Shown one piece after another: positions 1 through 10,954 of a DNA stretch of 64,000 nt (the first letter of the stretch is position 1; each line of letters opens with the position of its first letter). Origin of the DNA: Promethearchaeota archaeon (GTDB lineage Archaea; Asgardarchaeota; Lokiarchaeia; Sigyniarchaeales; SOKP01); the NCBI GenBank assembly GCA_048937405.1, contig JBHLNF010000011.1, positions 1 to 64,000 on the forward strand, in the 5' to 3' direction. The notes under the pieces are model-generated. The model had not been told where the DNA came from. It did not search any database and worked only from the letters and a program-made list of their open reading frames with translations. Both the position numbers and the translations under genes were made by a program.

Positions 1-1
1 A

Positions 2-1090
2 AAAGAGTTATTAGAAAATACAGAAAAAAACCTGAAAGATATCTATGAAACAAAAATAAAGGAATTATCTGATAAGAGTGAAGAATTTCAAAGAAAATAT
101 CAAAAATTGGAAGAAATATCAAATAATTATGAAGATAAAAATCGGGAACTAATCAAAAAAAGAAAAGAGTATGAACAATCTAAAGAAGAACTTATAATTA
201 GAATTCAAGACTTAGATGAGAGAAAAAGAGAATTACAGGATCGTGATAAAAAACTCCAAAAAGCAAGAGAGCAATTTCTGAATTTAAATACGGAGCTAGA
301 AGAAAAAAAGAAAGAATTTGAAAGAAGAGAAAACAATCTTATAAAAATAGAAAAAACATTGGAAAAGAGTAAATACGAACTTGAAAAAGATAAAATTGAT
401 TTTAAAAAAGAAAAATTAGAATTTGAAATTAAAAAAAAAGACATTGAAGACGAGATTTTAGAGACAGGTATCGAAGAATTTGATAAGGTTTCTGATGATA
501 ATGAATTAAATATTAATAAAGAAAGGAAATTTAAAGGTAAAGCAGAATTTTTATTTAATATCTTGCAAAATCTGTGTGAAGAAGGTTTCTTTCAATCTAG
601 TTTTTTAATAGACAGTAAAGGAATGTTGATTTCTGAATATAACGATAAAAAAAGAGAAACTATGGCGATTGGGGCTATGTTTTCGTTAATTTGTACATCA
701 GCATTAAGAACTGTTAAGAGTTTAAATTTACAGGAATTAATCTATTTAAAACTATCTTCAACAAATGGAGAGTTTATGGCTAAGAATATTAATATTAATA
801 ATTATGAGAGAAATTTTATACTTTTAACATATTTTGATAAATCTACTCCAACTATTCCAAAATCTAAGAAAATTGATAAAAAGATAACACATCAAATTAT
901 GAAAAATATAAAAAATGATTTTAAGAATATAAATCAAATAAATAAAATTCCTTGGATTTTGGATAAATTTAATAATGAAATGAACTATATTAAATCAAAC
1001 TTTGAAAGTCCACTATCTGATCTAGAGTTAGTTAGAGTAAACAAGATTAATGAAACCTCAATTAAGATTAGAGAATTATTTGACATGTAG
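2..1090 (+). CDS. 5'-truncated coiled-coil protein with C-terminal roadblock/LC7-like domain
   Basis: Frame is open from base 2. Long E/K heptad region, then FQSSFLIDSKGMLISE...AIGAMFSLICTSALRTVKSLNLQEL..LKLSSTNGEF, a roadblock pattern. Confidence 0.7.
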   Translation, partial: KELLENTEKNLKDIYETKIKELSDKSEEFQRKYQKLEEISNNYEDKNRELIKKRKEYEQSKEELIIRIQDLDERKRELQDRDKKLQKAREQFLNLNTELEEKKKEFERRENNLIKIEKTLEKSKYELEKDKIDFKKEKLEFEIKKKDIEDEILETGIEEFDKVSDDNELNINKERKFKGKAEFLFNILQNLCEEGFFQSSFLIDSKGMLISEYNDKKRETMAIGAMFSLICTSALRTVKSLNLQELIYLKLSSTNGEFMAKNININNYERNFILLTYFDKSTPTIPKSKKIDKKITHQIMKNIKNDFKNINQINKIPWILDKFNNEMNYIKSNFESPLSDLELVRVNKINETSIKIRELFDM

Positions 1091-1542
1091 ATTTATCTAA
1101 ATTCTTAAATTAATTAAATAGGTATAACTTCTATAATTTTTCAAATAGTTATAACAAAGAGGGAGGCTAAATACCTAGTATCTTTATTTTCTTTTGGAAC
1201 TAAAGACCTCAAATAATAAATTTATTATTATAATTGTTAGAATTGAATTAAAAATTACTAAAATAATCTATTTTCTAAGATTTAGGAAAAAAGTATAAAA
1301 CCAAAAAATTATCTTCTTAAGAGAATTATATTAAAATTATATTAATATAAACAAGATTATAGGAACTAAATATAAGTAGTGTAATATCCATTACAAAAAT
1401 ATATAATTTTCTTCTAATTTAAATAAATTTAACATTGCTTATGTTAAAAAAAAAATTTAAATAAGCTTAATATAATAAATTTTAGAGTAAAAAAAAATGG
1501 GTTAGTATAGTTTAAATAAATTTTAACTAAATTCCAATTTCT

Positions 1543-4254
1543 ATGACTATGGAAGTAGACTATAGAGATTTTGCTATCAAATTAGAAAAAGATTTGGAAG
1601 AATCTGAGGAAAAATTTAAAGTTATAACTGAGCAATCAATTATTGGGATTGGAATTAGCCAAAGGAATTCTCTTTTATATGTTAACAAGGGAGTAGCCAA
1701 AATAAGTGAATATTCTATCCAGGAAATGCAAGATTGGAACTTTGATAATAATTTAAGCATTATTTATCCCGAGGATCTACATAATGTTAAAAATCAAATC
1801 AAAAAAAACCAATCAAGAGAAAAGAATAAAATCTTTAATTATGAATATAGAATTATTACAAAAACGGGGAAAATAAAGTGGATAGAACAGCATTCTAAAA
1901 TAATTTCATATAAAACGGAACCAGCATATCTCAATATTTGGATAGATATCACACAAAAAAAGAAAATTGAAGAAGCAATCAGTAAAACTCATTTTTCTAT
2001 TTTAAACGCGGTTGGAAATGCAATACGAGTTATAGATAAAGATTTCAATGTTACTCTAATGAACAAAGCTTTTGTTGAGCTCACAGGAGCAAATAAAAAT
2101 GAATTATTAGGAAAAAAATGTCATCAGCAATTTTCACACTCAAAATGTCATACCTCAGAATGCACTTTATATTGTATGAAAAAAGGTAAAGATTGTATTG
2201 AAATTAAAGTAGATAAAAAACGAAAGGATGGTACAAAGGTTTTATGTGATCTTGTAACAACAGCTGTTCGAACATCTTCAGGTGAACTCATTGGAATAGT
2301 GGAAATTTTTAAAGATTTAACTCAACAAAAGATAGCAGAAAGAAAGTTGAAAGTTTCTAAAAGTCAAATAAAGAGGGTAGAAAAAGATTTAATAGAAAAT
2401 GAACGGTTTCTGGCTAATATTTTCTCAAGTATCCAGGATGGATTATGTGTGATTGATAAAAATTATACCATTATTAGTGCGAATCCTACAATGAAACAAT
2501 GGTACCCACAAATGTTACCACTCGAAGGTAAAAAATGCTTTCAAGTTTATCAACATAGAAGAGATCCATGTATTGATTGTCTTTGCCAGCAAATTTATGA
2601 AACTTGTAAACCTATTACTAAATTCATTTTTAGAAAAGATCAATCAGGAGATCTTAAAACGATAGAAGTCTATACATTTCCTCTATTAGATCAATTAACA
2701 GGTAAAGTTAAAGGAGTTATTGAATACTTACGTGATGTTACCGAAAAATTGTCAGCAGAAAAAGAATTAAAGGAATCAGAAGAGAAATTTAGAAGAATCA
2801 CAGAAGAATCCCATTTAGCGATTTGTATCCTACAGGACAATGTTGTAAAATATGCAAATCAAAAAATTGCTGATTTATCTGAATATACAATAGAAGAAAT
2901 ATTAAACTGGAAACCTGGAGAATTTACTAAGATATTAACAGAAGATTCTTTAGATATTGTTTTGGAACAAGCTAAAAAAAAGCAAGCAGGAGATTCTGAC
3001 GTTGTTACTCAATATCAAATTAATTGTATTAAAAAATCTGGTAAATTATTTTGGGTTGATAACATATCAAAAACAATAACATTTCAAGAAAGACCAGCAG
3101 ATCTTATTACTTTAATAGATATAACTGAAAAAAAAAAAGCAGAACAAAAATTAAAGGAATCTGATTTAAAATGTCGTAGTATTTTGGAAAATATTAAAGA
3201 AGGTTTTTTTGAGACAGATTTAAGTGGAAATTTTACGTTTTTTAATAAAGCATTTTGTAATATTTTAAAGATGCCTAAAGATGAATTATTTGATAAGAAT
3301 TATTCAGATTTATTTGATAAAGAAACATCTATCAATATTTTTAAAAAATTTAATGAGGTATTTAAGTCTGAAATTCCAAAAGGGAATCTTGAATTGGAGA
3401 TAACATCAAAAACAGGAGAAAAGATATTTATTCAATCATCTGTATATTTGAGATATAATTCTGAAGGTAAAAAAAGAGGATTTTCTGGTATTATCAGGGA
3501 TATAACTGAAAAGAAAAAAGCTGAAACTATGATAAAAAAAGAGATAGAAAAGCTGAAAGAATTGGATGAAATCAAAACAGAATTTATCTCTAGAGCGTCT
3601 CATGAGTTAAAAACTCCACTTGTTTCTATAAATAGTGCTTGTGACTTATTATACCAATATAAAGAGAATTTTGATGAAGAATCTCAATTATTATTGAACA
3701 TAATAAAAAAAGGGGGAGAAAGGTTAGAAAATCTAATTAAAAAATTAATTGATGTATCAAGAATTAATTCAAATAATTTTAAGTTAAAGAAAAAAAAAGA
3801 AAATTTAGTAAAAATTATAATTAAATGCATAGACGATATAAAACAATTTGCACAATTAAGAAACTTAGCAGTAACTTATGACTTGCCCAAAAGAGTTTTT
3901 ATGAAAATTGACGTATTTAGGTTTAGACAGGTAATAATGAATATATTATGGAATGCTTTGAAAAATACACCTCCATTTGGTAAGATTTCCATCTTTTTAG
4001 AAAAAAAAAAAAAATTTGTTGACATTAAAGTTATGGATACTGGTGTTGGTTTTACCATAAAGGAGAAAATGATGATATTCAAAAAATTTGGGAAAATTGA
4101 ACGATATGGAAAAGGAATGAACGTTGACATTGAGGGATCTGGATTAGGATTATACATTTCTAAAGAAATCATTAATGCTCATAAAGGTAAGATTTGGGTT
4201 GAATCAAAAGGGAGAAATAAAGGATCTACATTTAATATTAGATTACCAAGGTAA
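1543..4254 (+). CDS. Cytoplasmic multi-PAS sensor histidine kinase
   Basis: About 5 PAS/PAC repeats (DIT..K motifs), H-box SHELKTPL, N-box NILWNALKNT, G1 DTGVG, G2 GSGLGLYISK; no TM segment. Confidence 0.95.
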   Translation: MTMEVDYRDFAIKLEKDLEESEEKFKVITEQSIIGIGISQRNSLLYVNKGVAKISEYSIQEMQDWNFDNNLSIIYPEDLHNVKNQIKKNQSREKNKIFNYEYRIITKTGKIKWIEQHSKIISYKTEPAYLNIWIDITQKKKIEEAISKTHFSILNAVGNAIRVIDKDFNVTLMNKAFVELTGANKNELLGKKCHQQFSHSKCHTSECTLYCMKKGKDCIEIKVDKKRKDGTKVLCDLVTTAVRTSSGELIGIVEIFKDLTQQKIAERKLKVSKSQIKRVEKDLIENERFLANIFSSIQDGLCVIDKNYTIISANPTMKQWYPQMLPLEGKKCFQVYQHRRDPCIDCLCQQIYETCKPITKFIFRKDQSGDLKTIEVYTFPLLDQLTGKVKGVIEYLRDVTEKLSAEKELKESEEKFRRITEESHLAICILQDNVVKYANQKIADLSEYTIEEILNWKPGEFTKILTEDSLDIVLEQAKKKQAGDSDVVTQYQINCIKKSGKLFWVDNISKTITFQERPADLITLIDITEKKKAEQKLKESDLKCRSILENIKEGFFETDLSGNFTFFNKAFCNILKMPKDELFDKNYSDLFDKETSINIFKKFNEVFKSEIPKGNLELEITSKTGEKIFIQSSVYLRYNSEGKKRGFSGIIRDITEKKKAETMIKKEIEKLKELDEIKTEFISRASHELKTPLVSINSACDLLYQYKENFDEESQLLLNIIKKGGERLENLIKKLIDVSRINSNNFKLKKKKENLVKIIIKCIDDIKQFAQLRNLAVTYDLPKRVFMKIDVFRFRQVIMNILWNALKNTPPFGKISIFLEKKKKFVDIKVMDTGVGFTIKEKMMIFKKFGKIERYGKGMNVDIEGSGLGLYISKEIINAHKGKIWVESKGRNKGSTFNIRLPR

Positions 4255-4295
4255 TTTTAATTTTAAATATTAAATGAAATTCTAAATTTAAGTAT

Positions 4296-5129
4296 TTATA
4301 AATATTTATAAAGTTGTTCAAATTTATGAAATTTAAAAGGTTTTAAGAAAAATCCGTTCGCCTTTGTATCTTCTATCCGCTTGCTTACTTCAGATTCTGG
4401 TATTGCAGTGATATAAAATACTGGTAAATCCTTATATTTTTCAATATTCTTTATTTTTTTACATACTTCATAACCTTTTAAATCGGGAAGAATAATATCT
4501 AATAACACTATTTTGGGAGAAAATTTCTTTAATTTTTCAATTCCTTTTGATGCTGTTAATGCACTTATACATGAATAACCATTTCTCTCAAAAAATTTTG
4601 TTAAAACGGTAATAGCATAAGGATCGTCCTCTATAATTAAAATGTCGTACGATTTACTATTTGACTCTATCTCTTCTGAAAGATTGTTAATCCTATCTTC
4701 CAAAAGAAGACTTTGATCATAACTCTCTTTAAGCATCTTAAAAATGCTTGGTTCTAAATCTTTATATTCATTATCAATAATTAACTTTAAAAATCCTTGA
4801 ATAGATGTTAAGGGTTCTTTAAGATCATGAGTAATTTTTGATAAATCTGTTATCATTTTTTCATTAGAAATAAATTCTATGTAGAAATTAACTGCTTTTC
4901 TTAAAAATTTCGAAATAGTTGAAAACCCATTTTCTGTTGCAAACTCTTCCCATTTCTTCTTTATATCTTCAGAAACTAATGTTCCTATAAATTTTTTATC
5001 TAAATCATATAGTTTTTCTCCCTTTTTCCATTTGTTATAACCTTTTGTTATTTTTCCGCGCCATATTGCCTTTTTGCCTGTCTCTTTTTCATATATAATC
5101 ATATCTTTGCTTATTGTTTCTTCTGAAAT
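4296..5129 (-). CDS. Response regulator: N-terminal ETGKKAIWRG motif, RHH-like domain, HisKA(DHp)-like segment, C-terminal receiver
   Basis: TISKFLRKAV (RHH), THDLKEPLTSIQG (H-box), ILIIEDD...LLDIILPD..G...KPF (REC). Start extended from ATG 5102 to ATT 5129, 7 nt after GGTGA (inference). Confidence 0.8.
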   Translation of the reverse strand: MSEETISKDMIIYEKETGKKAIWRGKITKGYNKWKKGEKLYDLDKKFIGTLVSEDIKKKWEEFATENGFSTISKFLRKAVNFYIEFISNEKMITDLSKITHDLKEPLTSIQGFLKLIIDNEYKDLEPSIFKMLKESYDQSLLLEDRINNLSEEIESNSKSYDILIIEDDPYAITVLTKFFERNGYSCISALTASKGIEKLKKFSPKIVLLDIILPDLKGYEVCKKIKNIEKYKDLPVFYITAIPESEVSKRIEDTKANGFFLKPFKFHKFEQLYKYL

Positions 5130-5848
5130 AAGTTAATCACCAAATTATTTTTTTAATTGATTTATCACTAATTAAATAAAATAAAGATATTTTAATAAAT
5201 ATTATGTGAAATTTAATATTTTTATAGTAATATCATTTTTTTTATTAAAATTTACATATACCTTAAAGAAAGTAATTTCTTTTTTATTATAGAAATCTTT
5301 TATTAACAATTTTTTATATAGAATTTGTATATAAAAATAGCAGATATACAAAAATTTTGGAGAATATGTTGATAATCGAGTGTTAACAAGATGAAATCCA
5401 CAAATGATTCTAATTTTACAGAAAGATTAAATAGGTTTAATGATAGATGACTAAATACATTTAATAGAGCATTTAAACTATTTTTAATTGATAATTATAG
5501 TAGAGTGTATACTCCATACTACCAGAAAGTCAGACAAATTACATTAACCAAGATTTTAGCAAATCGAAGCGAATTAAATTTCTTATCCATTATTTATGGA
5601 AAAACTTTTACATTAAAACTAATATCAATGCGAATAAAATGAAGGTAAATGGAATTCGAAAAAGTATCATTCAGTAAAAATTAAATATTTCAGATTCCTT
5701 ATTTTTTGTACATATCAAGAAAGATACTAAAGCTTATGATGGTTTTGAAAAAAAAGCGAATTATAATTATAAAAAACTCCTATTTGAGAAGAATATGGAA
5801 TAATCTTAGAGTTCTATTGATAGAAGTAAGTGTGAGTGAACAACAAAA

Positions 5849-6040
5849 ATACAAAATCAAAAATCAGAATTAAGAAAGAATGAAAATTTTTATGAAGATG
5901 AGAAATGTCGAAGATTGAATCAAAATCTTAATGAACAATTTTGGGTTTTTGAATGTCCGCTGAAAATTTCGATTTTTTTCTGTTCTGTGTGTTTTAAAAA
6001 CATTAGAGATATGATATATTCTCTTATGCATAAGACATGA
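5849..6040 (+). CDS. Possible small Cys-containing protein (63 aa, non-canonical ATA start)
   Basis: Open frame IQNQKSELRKNENFYEDEKCRR...FECPLKISIFFCSVCFKNIRDMIYSLMHKT* preceded by GAGTGA; 4 Cys including CxxC. Confidence 0.3.
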   Translation: MQNQKSELRKNENFYEDEKCRRLNQNLNEQFWVFECPLKISIFFCSVCFKNIRDMIYSLMHKT

Positions 6041-6335
6041 TACTGTACTTAATGCTCTTAAGTCCTCAAAAAAGGAAATTAAGAACGAGGAATTCCAGAG
6101 GAATTCCATTGAATCTCTTTTTTTACTATTTCTAATATAAATTAAAATTAATCCTATTAATTTGATATGAAAAATTTATAAGTTTAGAACTTCTTATAAA
6201 TTCAGATTTTATTCAAAAAATATATATATTGTAGAATTTAATTAAATTTGTAATTATAAATTTTTTTTTTTTAAAACCTATATTATGGGTTGATTCATTC
6301 CAAAATTTGAGCTGATTAACCGAATTGGTGATAAG

Positions 6336-6884
6336 ATGGCTGAAGCAATAGACATACGCGAACTGTTCTTCGATATACTAGATATAGTTAAATTCGAGCT
6401 TAAATTTTACCGTTATAAAGAATCTCCAATGTTTGAACGTATAGTAAAAACGCGTATGTTTCAGCAGAAGCTTCAAAAATTAAAAGACTTTATCAATACG
6501 TATTTTGATATCATGTACAAAGATGAGAATAGCCCGATTAATCAAGCAGCACTCCAAACACAATTACAGAACATCGCAAGATTAACAAATTATTATGATG
6601 ATCTTTCAGATTTCTATACAGATCATACCCAAATAATGATAACTAAAGAAAAATTACAGGGTTTAATTGATTATTCGCACGTTGAGATACTGTTTTTGGT
6701 ATTTACTAATATCCTTGATTGGGAGCATTACAAGGCCAGTTTATTGTTCCCTACCGATAAAACTAAAGAAAAATTGCTGAAAGAGTTCCTTGGAAAGTTA
6801 GCAAGTGCTGATATAAAAGATGTAGATGACATTGTTGATTTGGAACAAACGATTGAAGACTTTGTACAAAGTATTGAGGTATGA
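6336..6884 (+). CDS. Hypothetical helical protein
   Basis: 182-aa ORF with GGTGA SD 4 nt before ATG; no recognised motif. Confidence 0.8.
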   Translation: MAEAIDIRELFFDILDIVKFELKFYRYKESPMFERIVKTRMFQQKLQKLKDFINTYFDIMYKDENSPINQAALQTQLQNIARLTNYYDDLSDFYTDHTQIMITKEKLQGLIDYSHVEILFLVFTNILDWEHYKASLLFPTDKTKEKLLKEFLGKLASADIKDVDDIVDLEQTIEDFVQSIEV

Positions 6885-7058
6885 TTTTTAAGCATAATTT
6901 TGTTAAATCTTTTCATATAATTTCCAAAAATAACTTTTTTCTTCAATTGGAAGTAATTTATATATGATTAAGAATGCATTTTTAATCTATAAAAGTAAAT
7001 AATATATTAATTTTGGCTTATTTTATTCATAAGTTCATAAATATTAAGGTAATATTGT

Positions 7059-7334
7059 GTGACAATAAAGCTAAAATTATATGGCGATTTGAGGGAAAAG
7101 ATAATTCAATCAAGCTATAGTATTGGAATTCCAAGTAGTATCGATATTAAAATAGAGGGGATTTCTACAGTATCAGATCTTTTAAACAAATTTGGAATTA
7201 ATAAGGAGGAAATTAGTCACATTTTTGTTAATAATATATATTCTACTCCTAAAAAAGAAATAAAAGATGGTGATCGGATTGGAATATTTCCAAAAAGAAT
7301 GGGTATAATTTTTGTTGAAATCAAGAATCCATAA
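7059..7334 (+). CDS. MoaD/ThiS (beta-grasp) family protein lacking terminal GG
   Basis: IKLKLYGDLRE...TVSDLL..FGI...IFVN......IKDGDRIGIFP pattern. Confidence 0.75.
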   Translation: MTIKLKLYGDLREKIIQSSYSIGIPSSIDIKIEGISTVSDLLNKFGINKEEISHIFVNNIYSTPKKEIKDGDRIGIFPKRMGIIFVEIKNP

Positions 7335-7477
7335 TAGAGATATAAGTCTTTTAAATACTTTTTTTCCCATGAGAAAATAGACAATGAATACAATTAAATA
7401 TATGATTTTTTATCTATCAGCTTAAGCACTTCAGAAATAATTAAATTCGTAGGAGAATTCGGAAATTTATTTTTAAA

Positions 7478-7744
7478 ATGGCGGACTGCATCGACAAGAT
7501 ATTGGATGTTTGTGAAAATTCTGAAATAAAAAGATATGAGGCTTTAATTCAATTGATGAATGATCTCGATAAAGAAATATCAGATGCAATACGAGTTAGA
7601 AATTGTTTAATTTTATTAATTAATTTATGTTTTAATCCAGATTCCCCTGATTATGCATATAATAGAGGTAAAACATCAAAGATCCTTTCTGGGGAGGAAA
7701 AACTAATGATGCAAGAATTACTAAGATGCGAATTTAATAATTGA
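7478..7744 (+). CDS. Hypothetical protein (88 aa)
   Basis: ORF with ATG start; no motif recognised. Confidence 0.7.
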   Translation: MADCIDKILDVCENSEIKRYEALIQLMNDLDKEISDAIRVRNCLILLINLCFNPDSPDYAYNRGKTSKILSGEEKLMMQELLRCEFNN

Positions 7745-7751
7745 ATATCTA

Positions 7752-10025
7752 TTAAAAAACAGCAAAATCAGTTTCTTTCCACTTTTCATATAACGTAAAA
7801 ATATTTTCAATTTTACCTAATGTATCAATAAGTACTTTTTTTGTTTTTTTATCATCTTGAAAAGTGTCAACAATTACATCATAAATTTTAACATTATACT
7901 CTTGGGTAAGATCAGATATTTTTCTGATATCTTCCATTTGTATATCTTCTTCCTTTAATTTGTTGAAAGCTTTTTCTACTTCTTCTCTTAATTTAATAGT
8001 AGCATTTAATGATTTGGTGCATTTATCCAATAATTCTTGTTCCTTATCACGCACAATTGATTCTTCTTCTGATAAATCTGGTTTTTCTTCGACAATTTCA
8101 AGTCTTTCATTCAATAAATATTTCACACGTTCATAGATTTTAATTGCTTCATCTATCTTATTTAACCCTTTTATCAAATGATTGGTACTATTGAGTCTAG
8201 CTTCAATAATTTTTAAATAAGCATCTTCATAATAAGTTTGAATTTCACCGAATGTACTTTTTTCATATTCGCTAATTCTCTCATAAATTTTTTTTAATTC
8301 ATATCTTAGCTGAAGGGTTTCTTGAGACGTTATATTTTCATTACTAAGCTTTTTATAGATATTATTCGTCTCTTGCCTAACAAGCAAAACTCTCAAATAC
8401 ATAATATGAGCCTTTTTTTCTATATTTGTAATACTACGAGTTTCTCCCTCATGTTCACAGAATTTAAAAATTTTTAAAGCGTCATTCATTAGCTTATTAA
8501 ATTTATTTTGATTAGTCCTAATATAATATTTCGAATCTTGTACTTTTTGAATACCTCTATCCATTTGAATTTCTAATTCAAAGATATAATCAATTAAACT
8601 AACTTGTTTTCTTTCAGAAAGAATTCTTGACTTATAAGACATATCTTTTTCTACATTTCTGCTAGCTAAAAGCCAAAATATAGCTGCAGGGAACCAAAAG
8701 AATATACTAAAAAAGATCATATTAAAAGTACTTCCCAATAAAAAAATAAGAGAATATGACAGTAGCAATGTAACACCTTTGCTAATTTGTTCGGATAACT
8801 TAAAGAAAGAAGCAGCAGTTCCTTTATGTTCTGGCATATTTACATCAATCATAACCGCATTTCGGTTAGCAACAGGACCAGCACCTAACATTGAAGCCAA
8901 TAAGGCAAAAAAGAAAAAAATAATATAATTTGGATAAGCTACGAATATTTGACTAATTGTTCGTACAATGTAAGAAAATAGGGCACCAGTAGGAATTGGA
9001 TCTGGATAAGCAATACCTAAAACAGTTGGATCTATAGGTCTTAATGAGAGGAGCAATATAATAGAAAAAGGAATTGAAAAAATCAAACATACAGTAGCTA
9101 GTCTAACTCTATTTTTTTTATTTCGCCGAAATAATATATCCCCTAAGCGCGCAAATACAGCATTTCCAAGAAGATATCCAACTCCAATCATTCCAGCAAA
9201 TATTGCGGCTGTTTGCAATCTGATTTCTATAGGTATTTGGTTAAAATATTGTAACGTCAGCATTGAAGTCATAAAATATACCAAAACTGTACCAGGAATT
9301 ATAGAAAAGAAACCTTGGACGATCAAATAAAGATTTGTTTTCTTTTTTATGATAAATCCCAGATCTTTTTTTGAAATTCGATAGCTATATTCTAAATCTA
9401 ATTCAATCAATTCCAACAGCTCATCTTCACCTGCTCCACGCTTAGGGATTTTGACAAAAAACAGAATAAAAATTACAATAACACTTATTCCAGATAAAAG
9501 AAGAAAAGGAAATCGCCATGTGAAAATAGGACCAAGAAAGGAAGATAAACCCTGTCCTGCACCATTGGATATGGAACTTAAGATTGCTAATGTTCCAAAC
9601 CAACCAGATCTTTCTTCAGCAGGTATTGCATCAGAAATAACTGAATATCCGATTGGTAATACACATCCTAAACCCGCTCCGCTTGACACCCTTGATATTA
9701 ATAACATATAGTATGTAGAAGAAAACGCAGTTAATATCATTCCTATCGTCCATGAAAAGGCGCCCACTAGAAGTACTTTCCCTCGATCAACTCGATCTGC
9801 CCAATATCCCCATAATAAAGCAAAAAAAGCACTAATTAAAACAAAAAAAGCATCTGGAATTGCTATTAACGCTTCAGGTATATTAAACTCTTGTTGAATT
9901 ACAGCATAACTAGGGATTAGCATATTAGCACATGCTGTCGAAACAAAAAGTAAAAGCATGACTAAGATAATTGGTGTTAGATCTTTGAATTTCACTGATG
10001 TAAGTTGAAAGCGTCCAATAAGCAA
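7752..10025 (-). CDS. MFS transporter with ~300-aa C-terminal soluble helical extension
   Basis: MFS motif A WGYWADRVDRGK, 12 hydrophobic segments, ISDAIPAEERS..FG; E/K-rich helical tail. Confidence 0.85.
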   Translation of the reverse strand: MLIGRFQLTSVKFKDLTPIILVMLLLFVSTACANMLIPSYAVIQQEFNIPEALIAIPDAFFVLISAFFALLWGYWADRVDRGKVLLVGAFSWTIGMILTAFSSTYYMLLISRVSSGAGLGCVLPIGYSVISDAIPAEERSGWFGTLAILSSISNGAGQGLSSFLGPIFTWRFPFLLLSGISVIVIFILFFVKIPKRGAGEDELLELIELDLEYSYRISKKDLGFIIKKKTNLYLIVQGFFSIIPGTVLVYFMTSMLTLQYFNQIPIEIRLQTAAIFAGMIGVGYLLGNAVFARLGDILFRRNKKNRVRLATVCLIFSIPFSIILLLSLRPIDPTVLGIAYPDPIPTGALFSYIVRTISQIFVAYPNYIIFFFFALLASMLGAGPVANRNAVMIDVNMPEHKGTAASFFKLSEQISKGVTLLLSYSLIFLLGSTFNMIFFSIFFWFPAAIFWLLASRNVEKDMSYKSRILSERKQVSLIDYIFELEIQMDRGIQKVQDSKYYIRTNQNKFNKLMNDALKIFKFCEHEGETRSITNIEKKAHIMYLRVLLVRQETNNIYKKLSNENITSQETLQLRYELKKIYERISEYEKSTFGEIQTYYEDAYLKIIEARLNSTNHLIKGLNKIDEAIKIYERVKYLLNERLEIVEEKPDLSEEESIVRDKEQELLDKCTKSLNATIKLREEVEKAFNKLKEEDIQMEDIRKISDLTQEYNVKIYDVIVDTFQDDKKTKKVLIDTLGKIENIFTLYEKWKETDFAVF

Positions 10026-10177
10026 TTACCACTAGTATGTGATTATAATAAATAGCACTTGAAAGTTAAAAAAACTTACAATGATTTATTTTAATGATAA
10101 GTAATGGTATAGTATATTAAAAATAATGTCATTTAATTCATATTTTTTTAACAACCTATCAGTTTTATTATAGATAA

Positions 10178-10735
10178 CTAGTAATAAATTCTATCTGTAA
10201 TGACTCTCCCTTTCTCTGAAATCTTAACTCCTTCTATTTCTAATAATCTTTGTTTCATCTTTATCCCACCTTGATATCCTCCAAGTTCACCGTTTGTTTT
10301 AATTGCTCGATGACATGGAATGACAATGGGAAATGGATTTCTAGCTAGAGCGTTTCCAACAACTCGAGCGCCTTTAGATAAGCCAATATGATCAGCAATT
10401 CTTTTGTAGGTACTTATCCACCCTCTTGGTATCTTATATTCTGCTAATAGTACCTCCTTTTGAATATCAAAACATTTACTGAAATCAAGAAAATCAAGTT
10501 TTAACTCTACCCGTTCACCTCTCAAAAAATACTGAATTTGCTCACCTAGCAATTTAATTGATGAGTTTAATCCTTTTTTAATCTGTTTAAATGATTCTCG
10601 AGCTTTAATTTCAGAATTAATCTCAGGATCACTAAGAAATATTCGTTGGATTTGTAAATTAGAATCGGTTTCCTTCCAGATAATTGTAAAAGTATCAAAT
10701 GGAGAACTATAAGTAGCATAAAATAAGAAATCCAT
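10178..10735 (-). CDS. ogt: Methylated-DNA-[protein]-cysteine S-methyltransferase
   Basis: IPRGWISTY, ARVVGNALARNP..IVIPCHRAI, GGYQGG. Confidence 0.95.
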   Translation of the reverse strand: MDFLFYATYSSPFDTFTIIWKETDSNLQIQRIFLSDPEINSEIKARESFKQIKKGLNSSIKLLGEQIQYFLRGERVELKLDFLDFSKCFDIQKEVLLAEYKIPRGWISTYKRIADHIGLSKGARVVGNALARNPFPIVIPCHRAIKTNGELGGYQGGIKMKQRLLEIEGVKISEKGRVITDRIYY

Positions 10736-10954
10736 CCCTTGTAATTATATTTGATAAAATTTAAAATTTGTTGTATTGTCTATTCGCACAGTAATCAGAG
10801 TAATTCAACTTTTTATTATATAATATTATTAAACCTTGATTTTAGTTTAAAAAACGAATTTAAAAATTAGTCAAAAAGAAAATTAAAAAAATTATAAAGG
10901 AAAAAAAAGATTACAAATAAACAATTCTAAAATCTAAAATTAGAGTTGAAAAGA

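Noticed and set aside
205-444. Antisense ORFs in the track (also 1560, 3876, 9451, 15627, 16411, 16801, 19039, 25982, 35727, 37401, 51783, 61883, 63126 and similar)
   Set aside because: Shadow frames of well-supported genes on the opposite strand; F/S/L-rich composition mirrors K/E codons.
4001-4014. Long poly-A tracts (also ~3128) as programmed frameshift or phase-variation sites
   Set aside because: Reading frames are intact across them, and such runs are expected in a Lys-rich, low-GC genome.
5870-6109. 79-aa minus-strand ORF
   Set aside because: No motif; overlaps a somewhat more protein-like plus-strand frame (5849..6040). Neither is certain.
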